Shown here piece after piece: positions 19,616 through 28,280 of a stretch of DNA of 64,000 nt. The notes beneath the pieces were generated by a model. That model was not told the origin of the DNA. It made no database searches and worked only from the letters and a program-made list of their open reading frames with translations. Each line of letters opens with the position of its first letter. The stretch's first letter is position 1. A program made the position numbers and the translations under genes. Location: NCBI GenBank assembly GCA_046543335.1, contig JBKGZP010000004.1:5620-69619 (forward strand). Direction: 5' to 3'. The DNA is from Halobacteriales archaeon (lineage in GTDB: Archaea; Halobacteriota; Halobacteria; Halobacteriales; SKSH01).

Positions 19616-20823
19616 TCTCTAAGGTCTTTCGGTACCGATCGCTCCTCGACGTGCTCGAGAAGCGCCAGCCACTCGTGCATGTGTTCGGCCATGTACGCGA
19701 GGAACGCCCCGTTCCTGACGTCGACGTCGACGGCCGCCAGACCGTCGGCCAGGTGGCGGTAGGCTTCGGCGTAGTCGTTTAACGCTTGACGACCACCGTC
19801 GGCCGCCCTCTTCGGTGCCGTTCGGTCGCGGTCGAGCGTCCCGAGGTCGATCCCCCCGACGAAACGCCAGAGGTGCTCGTTGAGCGCGAGGGCTGGCGCC
19901 TCCGACGCCAGGTCGTCGAACGTCGATCGGGGCGCCTTCTCGTGTCGGACGAGGGGTTCTCCCGTGTGGATGACGTCGCCGACGGCGTCGAGGACGCGCT
20001 TGACCAACACGCCGCTCCAGATGTCGTCGAATCGACCGACGCCCCAGGGGTTGTCGTCCATGGGGAGCTGGTAGAACGCCGGGACGACCTCGCGTCGGAA
20101 GGCGACGTTCATCGAGCAGACGGTAAGGTACGACCCCGGGTCGACGACGAAGTCGTCGCCGAAGTCGTCCGGTCGCAGGCGGACATCGGTGCGTCCCTCG
20201 AGGTCCCCCGCCGAGAGGATGCGCACCGCGTCGAGGTCGGGCACCTCGGTCCACAGTCCCTGCGAGATCGCCACGTCGCCGCGGGCGATCTCGCGCGTCG
20301 ACGACTCGATGGACTGCCCCATGGCCCCGTAGGGGTGTCCCCGGGGGTACAGCTCCGGGTCAACGTCGGCGAGGACGTTGACCCAGCCCTCCGCCCCTGC
20401 CAGGGATCGGACGGGACCCTCGCGCTGCAGCGCCCGCAGGTGCCCTCCGAAGAAGTCCCGGTTCGGGAGGGGCCGCGTGTCGTCGTCGAGCATCACGCCA
20501 TAGCGAAACGACGGATCGGCCCACAGGTACGCCAGCCCGAAGCTGGTCTGGGCGTGGCTCCGACGCGGGATCAACTCCTGGAATCGCCCCGCGTCGAGGG
20601 TTTCGAACCACCGCCGTCTGAACGACTCGTCGGCGACCGCACCGGCGACGTCGAGTTCGTCGAGGAGCCCGGCCATGGTCTCCGTGTCACAGTCGTCCTC
20701 GGTCACGAAGAGGACGAAGAGCCGATCGGCGTCGAAGTCGTGGTCCCAGGCGTTGGCGACGTAGTCCCGGACGACCTCGGGACGACGGATGGTCGGCACC
20801 ACGACGCAGACGTCGGGATCCAT
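19600..20823 (-). CDS. Reversibly glycosylated polypeptide (RGP/GT75; alpha-1,4-glucan-protein synthase / UDP-sugar pyranose mutase-like)
   Basis: VVVPTIR, LDDDT, YPRGHPY, SQGLWTEVPDLDA, CSMNVAFRR, GRFDDIWSG are characteristic RGP motifs. Confidence 0.85.
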   Translation of the reverse strand: MDPDVCVVVPTIRRPEVVRDYVANAWDHDFDADRLFVLFVTEDDCDTETMAGLLDELDVAGAVADESFRRRWFETLDAGRFQELIPRRSHAQTSFGLAYLWADPSFRYGVMLDDDTRPLPNRDFFGGHLRALQREGPVRSLAGAEGWVNVLADVDPELYPRGHPYGAMGQSIESSTREIARGDVAISQGLWTEVPDLDAVRILSAGDLEGRTDVRLRPDDFGDDFVVDPGSYLTVCSMNVAFRREVVPAFYQLPMDDNPWGVGRFDDIWSGVLVKRVLDAVGDVIHTGEPLVRHEKAPRSTFDDLASEAPALALNEHLWRFVGGIDLGTLDRDRTAPKRAADGGRQALNDYAEAYRHLADGLAAVDVDVRNGAFLAYMAEHMHEWLALLEHVEERSVPKDLRDFRCA

Positions 20824-20832
20824 GGTCTCCGT

Positions 20833-20854
20833 TGTTTTAGGGCGACCTAAAACA
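20833..20854. promoter_or_regulatory. DtxR/MntR-family operator, box 4 (TGTTTTAGGGCGACCTAAAACA)
   Basis: 9-bp perfect arms, 9 nt upstream of the RGP start codon. Confidence 0.85.
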
Positions 20855-20866
20855 GTTGCGGTTCCG

Positions 20867-21934
20867 TCATCGCGCGCCGTGGCCAGCCCGAAGGACGAAC
20901 GTCGCCTGGGCGTCCATCACGTCCCGCAGCTCGACCCGACCCCGCTCCGCGAGGACCTCGTTGGCGAGGTACAGCCCGAGGCCGGGGGCGGTCCCGATGG
21001 GCTCGAACAGCGCCTCGGCCTCGGCCTCGGTCAGGTTTATCGGCTGGACCGTCACCTCGAGCTCGACGCCGTCGTCGTGGGTACCCCCTTCGACCTCGAT
21101 GCTGGGGTCGCCGTCGGCCAGCACGACCGCGGCGCGAACGAGCAGCTCGAGGGCGTCCGGGAAGGTCGTCGGCACCTCGCGGGTCCCGATGGAGTCGGAC
21201 CGGTCGACGGAGGCGTCGGCCTCGCGCTTGAGGTCAACCGCGATCGCGTCGATCGCCCGGTCGACGTCGACCGCCTCGGCGACGCCACCCCGCGACCGAC
21301 GGTCCGACAGGGGTCGGAAGTGTTCCGCGAGGACCGTCAGCGTGTCCGTCTGCGTCTGGATCACCTCGATCGCGTCCCGATCCGGTGGTGACCCGGTCGC
21401 CCGGAGGCGCTCGGCGTAGCCGTCGACGATGTTCACCCCATTGAGGATGTAATGGCGCATGAGGTCGTTGAGCTCCTCGAGGTGCTGGCGCTCCTCCTCG
21501 AGCAGGTCAGCGCGGGCGCGCTGGCGAGCGGCGCGACTCGATTGCTCCATCGCGACCCCCTCGAGCATCCCGAGCAGGGCACCCGCGACGAGGCCCACGC
21601 TGCTCGCGATGTGGGCGACCTCGGCGAGCTCGCCCGGGGTGACCGACTCGGAACCGACGTACAGGCTCGTGATCGCGAAGCCGACCGCGAACGCCGCCGC
21701 GAGGGTGCACCAGCCAACGACGCGTCGCGCACTGGTGGACTCGAGGTCGTGGCGGGCGTACCACCAGGCCCCGTAGAGGAGGGCGAACCCCCCGCCGACG
21801 AAGACGATGCCGTCGATGACGAGGTGCAACGTGTCGACGCCGGCCGTCGACGTGTACGCGGCGTGGGCGGCGCCGGTGACCAGCACCACCGATCCGAGGA
21901 CGATCAGGGCGACGACCTCGCGGTCTCGGCTCAT
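20867..21934 (-). CDS. Membrane sensor histidine-kinase-like protein with degenerate ATPase domain
   Basis: 4 TM N-terminus; LNDLMRHYILNGVNIVDGY H-box; GLGLYL retained but N and D boxes lost. Confidence 0.7.
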   Translation of the reverse strand: MSRDREVVALIVLGSVVLVTGAAHAAYTSTAGVDTLHLVIDGIVFVGGGFALLYGAWWYARHDLESTSARRVVGWCTLAAAFAVGFAITSLYVGSESVTPGELAEVAHIASSVGLVAGALLGMLEGVAMEQSSRAARQRARADLLEEERQHLEELNDLMRHYILNGVNIVDGYAERLRATGSPPDRDAIEVIQTQTDTLTVLAEHFRPLSDRRSRGGVAEAVDVDRAIDAIAVDLKREADASVDRSDSIGTREVPTTFPDALELLVRAAVVLADGDPSIEVEGGTHDDGVELEVTVQPINLTEAEAEALFEPIGTAPGLGLYLANEVLAERGRVELRDVMDAQATFVLRAGHGAR

Positions 21935-21998
21935 CGGGTTCCACGCGGGGTAGGCAACGTCCCCACACGTAACTTGAGTGTTTCCGTCGTATCGCGCC

Positions 21999-22403
21999 TC
22001 ATTCGCGGTCCTCGCGGAGCCAGCGAGCGCGTCGATAGGCGACGAAGCCACCGACGACCGCGAACACGAAGGCCACGGAGGCGACGTCGATTGGTCGTTC
22101 GAGAAACCGCGCGGCCGCCCGATAGCCAGCCCAGTACAGCATGGTCACGACGGCAACGGCCCCGATCGTCCAGAGCGTCGCCCTCGTCGGGCCGTACCGT
22201 CGCGGCCAGAGCTGGCGGTACGCGCTCGGGACGAGCACCCCCACCAGCACCAGGAGGTAGCCGACGCTCGCCTCGAACAACTCGGCACCGACGATGAACC
22301 CGATGGGGATTGCCAGGGCAACGGCGACGACGAGGACGACGAGCGTCCCGTCGGCGATACCCGCGCGGACCCAATCGCGAGGCGAGCCCCCTGACCGTAC
22401 CAT
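21999..22403 (-). CDS. Small four-TM hypothetical membrane protein
   Basis: Start at ATG 22403; hydrophobic helices; TATA-like TTTATAT about 27 bp upstream. Confidence 0.65.
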   Translation of the reverse strand: MVRSGGSPRDWVRAGIADGTLVVLVVAVALAIPIGFIVGAELFEASVGYLLVLVGVLVPSAYRQLWPRRYGPTRATLWTIGAVAVVTMLYWAGYRAAARFLERPIDVASVAFVFAVVGGFVAYRRARWLREDRE

Positions 22404-22495
22404 GTGTAGCGGTTTGCTCAGATGATGATATAAAGTCGGTCGCTCCCCTCGCGGGTCCAGGGACAGGCCATCCGGTTTTATGGGGACCTGATGCG

Positions 22496-24013
22496 ATGCC
22501 CCGCTCGATGGATCGGTCCCGTGGTCAAACGGTGGATCGGTTGCTTCCCGATCCGCGATCCGCATCGAACGTCATCCACAATCCTGACCGGTCGCGACTC
22601 GTCGACCTGGCCGCCCCTGACGGTGAGCGGACGGAGTTCGGCTCGATCGCCTTTCGCAGCGAGGTCCGCTCGCGGTGCGCGGACCGGACGAAGAACGCCG
22701 TCGACGACCCCTTCGACGAGGACGACGAGGCGCTGCTGCGCGCCGCCTTCGAGGCCGTCGGGGACCGCGAGATGCTGTGCGTCGACCGCCAGCTGGGTCG
22801 CAAGGCTCCCCACGACTACGTCTGTCGATACTTCGTCCCGCGATCGTACGCCCGGATCGCCCTCTCGCTGACGCAGCTGCTCGAGCCGGCGCCGGCCGGG
22901 GCGACGCCGGATTTCGTCACCGTCCAGCTGCCGTCCTTCGATCGGACGGCCATCCGTATCGACCCGGATCGAGGGCTGACGGTCGTCCTCGGCACCGACT
23001 ACACCGGCGAGGCCAAGAAGTCGTTCCTCCGGCTGTTCATGTACCACGTCAAGCGCGCGGGGGGCCTCGGCCTCCACGCGGGCAGCAAGCGCATCCGCCT
23101 GCGCACCGGCGACGGCGACCTCGAGACGGTCACCCAGCTGTTCCTCGGCCTCTCGGCGACGGGCAAGTCGACCCTCACGGCGCACGGGTACTTCCTCGAA
23201 CGCGACGAGCACACCACGCTCGTCCAGGACGACGTCTGCGGGCTGCTCCCCGGCGGTGCCGTGGTCGGGTCGGAGGCGGAGGGGATGTACGTCAAGACCG
23301 CCGGGCTCGACCCCGCGATCCAGCCCTCGTTGTACGAGGCGGTGACCGATGCGTCGACCGTGCTCGAGAACGTCGTCGTCGAGGACGACGGCTCGGTCGA
23401 CCTCGACTCGGATCGCTACACGGCGAACGGCCGCGCGGCCATCCGTCGATCGGTGCTCACCTCGGCCGACCCGGACATCGACATCTACCACGTGGACCAG
23501 CTCTTCTTCATCACCCGCAACCCCGTCATGCCCCCGGTGGCGAAGCTCGACCCCGACGAGGCGGCCGCCGCGTTCATGCTCGGCGAGTCGATCGAGACGA
23601 GCGCCGGTGACCCCGAGCGAGCCGGCGAGGCGGTGCGCGTCGTCGGGACGAACCCGTTCATCATCGGCCCGCCGGGCGAGGAGGGCAACCGCTTTCGCGC
23701 GCTCGTCGAGCGCAACGACATCGATTGCTACATCCTCAACACGGGGGAGCTCGGCGACGCCGGCAGGGACATCCGCGTCGAGGATACCGTGACGCTCCTC
23801 CGCGAGATCGCTCGCGGACGGGTCACCTGGACGGAGTCGCCGTCCGGGCTGGTCGTCCCCGAGTCGGTCCCGGGGTTCGACGTCGAGGCGTTCCGGGTCG
23901 GCGCGTACGTCGACGACCTCGAGGACCGCCTGGACGACCTCCACGAGGAGCGTCGGCGGTACCTCGAGTCGTTCGAGCGCCTCGACCGTCGCATCGTCGA
24001 GGCCGTCTATTGA
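22496..24013 (+). CDS. pckA: Phosphoenolpyruvate carboxykinase (ATP)
   Basis: DYTGEAKK, LHAG, FLGLSATGKST, QDD, SEAEGMYVKT, NGR motifs; start at 22496 or 22508. Confidence 0.9.
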   Translation: MPRSMDRSRGQTVDRLLPDPRSASNVIHNPDRSRLVDLAAPDGERTEFGSIAFRSEVRSRCADRTKNAVDDPFDEDDEALLRAAFEAVGDREMLCVDRQLGRKAPHDYVCRYFVPRSYARIALSLTQLLEPAPAGATPDFVTVQLPSFDRTAIRIDPDRGLTVVLGTDYTGEAKKSFLRLFMYHVKRAGGLGLHAGSKRIRLRTGDGDLETVTQLFLGLSATGKSTLTAHGYFLERDEHTTLVQDDVCGLLPGGAVVGSEAEGMYVKTAGLDPAIQPSLYEAVTDASTVLENVVVEDDGSVDLDSDRYTANGRAAIRRSVLTSADPDIDIYHVDQLFFITRNPVMPPVAKLDPDEAAAAFMLGESIETSAGDPERAGEAVRVVGTNPFIIGPPGEEGNRFRALVERNDIDCYILNTGELGDAGRDIRVEDTVTLLREIARGRVTWTESPSGLVVPESVPGFDVEAFRVGAYVDDLEDRLDDLHEERRRYLESFERLDRRIVEAVY

Positions 24014-24209
24014 CTCGGGGGGCCGTTTCGTGCCGTGTCGCCGATCCCGTCCCGAGCCCGCGGATCTGGGCGGGGGTGCGGTCGGTGTCGCGGCGGCGGT
24101 CGCCATCGGGTCCGTCGGGCGGGGCTCCCAACCTCCTCACCCGCGCGCCTCCGACCCCGTCGGGCCGTGAGCAAAGCCTATCCGATTGCCCGCTCAAGTA
24201 CCCCCCGGC

Positions 24210-24980
24210 ATGTCAATCGACACGAACGACGAGACCCCGGTCGAGGATCCCGAGGATCCGGATCATGGAGGTACCGGCGAGGCGGCCGCGTCAACCCCGG
24301 ACGTCGGAGGCCTCGCCCCCGGCCAGCGGGTCATCCTCGACTGGCTCGTCACCGGGTTCCTCGTCCTCGCGGGACTGATCGTGGTCGCCGCGGGGTACGC
24401 GGCCTTCGACAGCGTCGACCCCGAGTGGTTCACCGACCTCGTCGAGGAGGGGACGATCCGCTCGGACGTCCTCTCCGAGGCCGAGGTGGTGGAGGTCCTC
24501 GCCGAGATGCTGTGGTGGGGCGGACTCGGCGCCGTCATCCTCGGCGTGCTGCTGGTCGTCGTCGGAATCGGTTACATCGCCGTGCGTCGCCGCGACCACA
24601 CGCGCGCCAGGGAGGTCGGCCGGGTCAGCTCGAGCCTCGTCGCGGACGCCGTCGCCGGTGCGGTCGCCACCGTCGCCACCTCGTTCATCCCGCTGTCCGC
24701 GATCATCGGCGGCGGTGTCGCCGGCTACCTCCACGGTGGCTCTCGCCTCGACGGCGCCAAGGCTGGCGCCCTTTCTGGCGTGCTGCTCGCCCTCGCCGGT
24801 GTGTTCCTCGGGGGCATGCTCCTCCTCGGGTTGACCACCGCGGACGTCCGGGCCGACATCAACATCGTCGTGTTCATCGTCGTGCTGAGCCTCCTCGTCT
24901 CCATCGTGTTCAACCTCGTGCTGAGTGCCGTCGGTGGCTACATCGGGGTGTACCTCGCCGAGCGGAGCTCGGGGTCCTGA
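24210..24980 (+). CDS. Membrane protein with C-terminal DUF5518-like domain
   Basis: AVAGAVATVATSFIPLSAIIGGGVAGYL...GGYIGVY. Confidence 0.7.
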   Translation: MSIDTNDETPVEDPEDPDHGGTGEAAASTPDVGGLAPGQRVILDWLVTGFLVLAGLIVVAAGYAAFDSVDPEWFTDLVEEGTIRSDVLSEAEVVEVLAEMLWWGGLGAVILGVLLVVVGIGYIAVRRRDHTRAREVGRVSSSLVADAVAGAVATVATSFIPLSAIIGGGVAGYLHGGSRLDGAKAGALSGVLLALAGVFLGGMLLLGLTTADVRADINIVVFIVVLSLLVSIVFNLVLSAVGGYIGVYLAERSSGS

Positions 24981-24991
24981 GGCGGCTTCGC

Positions 24992-25471
24992 CTACGGGTC
25001 GTCCACCGCGGCATCGCTGGCCTCGAGGGTGGCCCACACGGCGGCCATGCGTTCGCCGGTCGCCTCGACGAGGCGCTCGACGGCCGCCCCCCGGTCGCTC
25101 GGCGCGACGCGGAGGTCGCGGATCGCCTTGGTCGCCGACAGGTGGTGGACGTGGACGTAGTCGTCGTCGGGCGGGTCGTAGACGACCGTCGTGCACGGCA
25201 GCAACGCGGCCACGCGGGGGTCGATCTCGAGGGCGTCGCGCGCCAACTCGGCGTGGCACACCACCAGCATGGCGAGCGGGACGACCTCGTCGTCGAGGAC
25301 CTCGGCGACGAGTCGGTCGACCCGGGTCAGGCTGATCGTCTCGAACCCTGCGAGCTCGTGCTCGAGTTGCACGAACGCGACCGCGTCCTCGAAGGGGGCG
25401 GCCAGGCGGAGGTGCAACGCCTCCATTGCCGTGGGGGAGGCGCCCCCCGTCCACGGCCCGTCCTCGATCAT
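24992..25471 (-). CDS. DUF302 domain protein
   Basis: AGFETIS..VCHAELA..AALLPCTTVVY. Confidence 0.8.
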   Translation of the reverse strand: MIEDGPWTGGASPTAMEALHLRLAAPFEDAVAFVQLEHELAGFETISLTRVDRLVAEVLDDEVVPLAMLVVCHAELARDALEIDPRVAALLPCTTVVYDPPDDDYVHVHHLSATKAIRDLRVAPSDRGAAVERLVEATGERMAAVWATLEASDAAVDDP

Positions 25472-25556
25472 GGCCGTCGCAGGCGCCGGGACGCCAAAAA
25501 CCCCGTCGCTCGCCTGGACCGGGAGGTTCTAAAAGGGGGCCGCAGATACGCCTCGC

Positions 25557-27062
25557 ATGCAGGTGGGGGCGGACAGAACGCTGACGGCGCTGCTCGAGAC
25601 GTTCGACGGCGCCGGCTTCGTCATCGACGAGGACGGCGTCTACCGCGAGGTCCTCGTGGGGCCGAGCGGGGTCGACCTCCTCTATCGCGACCCCGAGGCG
25701 CTGCTCGGCCACGCCGTCGACGAGGTCCTGCCGCCCGCGACGGCTGACCGGTTTCGCGACGTCATCGACGCGGTTCTGTCCGGCGGTGATGCCGCGGTGC
25801 TCGAGTACGATCTCGAGGTCGGCGCCGGTCGGGAGTGGTTCGAGGCGACGGTGACGCCGGTCGAGACCGACACCGACCGCGAGGCCGTGATGTGGCTCGC
25901 CCGACGGATCACCGACCGAAAGGCGCGAGAGCACCGCCAGGCGGTCCACCAGCGCAAGATACGGGCGCTGCTCGAGGTGGCCGCGGAGATGCAAGCGTGC
26001 ACCGAGGAGCAGGCGGTCTACGACCTCCTCATCGAGACCGCCGAGGACGTCCTCGCGTTCGACATCGCCATCGTCGACGCCGTCGAGGACGACGTGCTCG
26101 TGCCCCGATCGATCAGCGAGGAGGTCCCCGAGGGGGGCTACTTCGAGGAGACGCCCCTCGATCCCGAGGAAAACGTGGCCTCTCGGGTCTTCGTCGAGGG
26201 CGAGACCGACGTCGAGGAGGACGTCCACGCGGTCGCCGGCGAGGCGGCGGACCCCTCGTACCGCTCGGTCCTGACGATCCCCATCGGCGACTTCGGCGTC
26301 TTCCAGGCCGCCGGCGAGGCGCCTGGCCTGTTCGACGAGGACGACCGCGAGCTCGGCGAGTTGCTCGTCAGCCACGCGCAGGAGGCGCTCACGCGAATCG
26401 ACCACGAGCAGGCCGTCCGCGAGCGCACGTCCGAACTCGAGCGACAGTACGAGCGCCTCGACGCCTTCGCGAGCATCGTCTCGCACGACCTGCGCAATCC
26501 GCTGGCCGTCGCGCAGGGGTACATGGAGCTCGTCTCCCGCGATTGCGAGAGCGAGGACGTCGACCACGTCATCGACGCGCTGGACCGCCTCGAGACGATC
26601 ATCGACGGGACGCTCGCGCTGGCCAGACAGGGCAAAACCATCGGCGAGACCGAGCCGATCGAGCTGTCCGCGACGGCCCGCTCGAGCTGGGCGACGGTCT
26701 CGAGCGCGACCGCGACCCTCGAGGTGGTCGAGGACGCGACGATCCTGGCCGACGGCGATCGCCTCAAGCAGGTCTTCGAGAACCTCTTCCGGAACGCGGT
26801 CGAGCACGGGGGGCAGGACGCCACCGTCGAGGTCGGCGTCATCGGTGGCGCGGGGTTCTACGTCGAGGACGACGGCCCGGGCATCCCACCGGACGCCCGG
26901 GAGGCCATCTTCGAGCCAGGGTACTCCGGCGACGGCGAGGACACCGGCTTCGGACTGGCGATCGTGCGAGAGATCGTGGAGGCCCACGGCTGGGCGATCG
27001 AGGCGGGTTCGTCTGACCGCGGTGGGGCCCGCTTCGAGGTGACGGGCGTGTCCTTCGCCTGA
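25557..27062 (+). CDS. PAS-GAF sensor histidine kinase
   Basis: SHDLRNPL, FENLFRNA, EDDGPG, GFGL. Confidence 0.92.
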   Translation: MQVGADRTLTALLETFDGAGFVIDEDGVYREVLVGPSGVDLLYRDPEALLGHAVDEVLPPATADRFRDVIDAVLSGGDAAVLEYDLEVGAGREWFEATVTPVETDTDREAVMWLARRITDRKAREHRQAVHQRKIRALLEVAAEMQACTEEQAVYDLLIETAEDVLAFDIAIVDAVEDDVLVPRSISEEVPEGGYFEETPLDPEENVASRVFVEGETDVEEDVHAVAGEAADPSYRSVLTIPIGDFGVFQAAGEAPGLFDEDDRELGELLVSHAQEALTRIDHEQAVRERTSELERQYERLDAFASIVSHDLRNPLAVAQGYMELVSRDCESEDVDHVIDALDRLETIIDGTLALARQGKTIGETEPIELSATARSSWATVSSATATLEVVEDATILADGDRLKQVFENLFRNAVEHGGQDATVEVGVIGGAGFYVEDDGPGIPPDAREAIFEPGYSGDGEDTGFGLAIVREIVEAHGWAIEAGSSDRGGARFEVTGVSFA

Positions 27063-27149
27063 CCACCCCAACCCACCCCGACGACGTCTCCCGCCGGTGA
27101 GGTATCAAATCACCCACGTTTATGGTGGTGCTTTCCCTCTGGATGTCAC

Positions 27150-27806
27150 ATGGAACCCATCGGCGACGCCGTTCAGTACCCAATGAACCGCAGCAACTGG
27201 CTCACGACCGTCATCATCGGGGGGCTCCTCTGGATCTTCTCGTTCCTGCTGATCCCGCTCTTCTTCGTGTACGGGATCGCCATCCGGGCGATGCAGCGCA
27301 CGATGGCCGGCGACGACGAGCCGCCACAGTTCGAGGACTGGGGCGAACTCCTCGTCGACGGGGTGCAGGCCTGGCTCATCGGCCTGATCTACACGATCAT
27401 CCCGCTGGTCCTCATGTGGTTCATCGTCGGGACGGCCCTCGTAGGCGCCATCGTCGGCGGCGAGGGATCCCTCGGTGCGGCCGTTGCCGGGGCGTTGTTC
27501 GGCGTGCTGATCGTCTCGATCATCGCGCTCGTCTTCGGCTACGTCGCCTCGATCGCGGTCGTGAACTTCGCCCGGGAGGGGACCTTCGGCGCCGGGTTCG
27601 ACTTCGACGTGATCGGGCAGGTGGTCACCTCTACCGACTACCTCATCGCGTTCATCGTCGTCGTGGTGCTGTTCTTCGTCGTGGGTATCGTGACGGCCAT
27701 CCCGTTGATCGGGTGGATCATCGCGCCGTTTCTCACCTTCTACCTCAGCCTGGTCGCCGCGCGGATCCTCGCGGGCGGGTTCGAGGACGCCCTCGCCTCG
27801 GCCTGA
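27150..27806 (+). CDS. DUF4013 membrane protein
   Basis: DAVQYP...IIGGLL...PPQFEDWGELLVDG. Confidence 0.82.
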   Translation: MEPIGDAVQYPMNRSNWLTTVIIGGLLWIFSFLLIPLFFVYGIAIRAMQRTMAGDDEPPQFEDWGELLVDGVQAWLIGLIYTIIPLVLMWFIVGTALVGAIVGGEGSLGAAVAGALFGVLIVSIIALVFGYVASIAVVNFAREGTFGAGFDFDVIGQVVTSTDYLIAFIVVVVLFFVVGIVTAIPLIGWIIAPFLTFYLSLVAARILAGGFEDALASA

Positions 27807-27848
27807 GCCACCGAACGGGCCCGGGGTCGAGGCGATCGGTGGTCCTGC

Positions 27849-28271
27849 ATGACTGACCGCGGCCAGGTGCTCGACACCTACGTCGCCGCCATCCAGCACG
27901 ACCTCGTCGACCTCCCGGACGGGGCGCTCGTCCTGGGCGTGGTCCGCCGACCGACGCCGTGGCTGTTCGGCGTCGTCGACGAGAACGAACCCGCCCTCGG
28001 CCCCCCGGATGCGCTGCTCGCGGCGGTGAAGGCGCGCCACGCCGAGCTCGAGGCCGAGGGGATCGACGACGCGACCGCGCACAACCGGGCCATGGACGAC
28101 GTCGACTACGAGGCGCGCTACCGCGAGCACCTCGAGTACGAGCCCGAGGCGTCCGCCGCCCTCGAACGAATCCGCGCGATCCTCGACGGCGGCCGCGACG
28201 TCGTCCTCGTCTGCTTCGAGAACACCGCGGAGAAGCGATGTCACCGGACGGTGCTCGAGGAGTACCTCTGA
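27849..28271 (+). CDS. DUF488 family protein
   Basis: VVRRP...VLVCFE...RCHR. Confidence 0.8.
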   Translation: MTDRGQVLDTYVAAIQHDLVDLPDGALVLGVVRRPTPWLFGVVDENEPALGPPDALLAAVKARHAELEAEGIDDATAHNRAMDDVDYEARYREHLEYEPEASAALERIRAILDGGRDVVLVCFENTAEKRCHRTVLEEYL

Positions 28272-28280
28272 GGCGACCGC

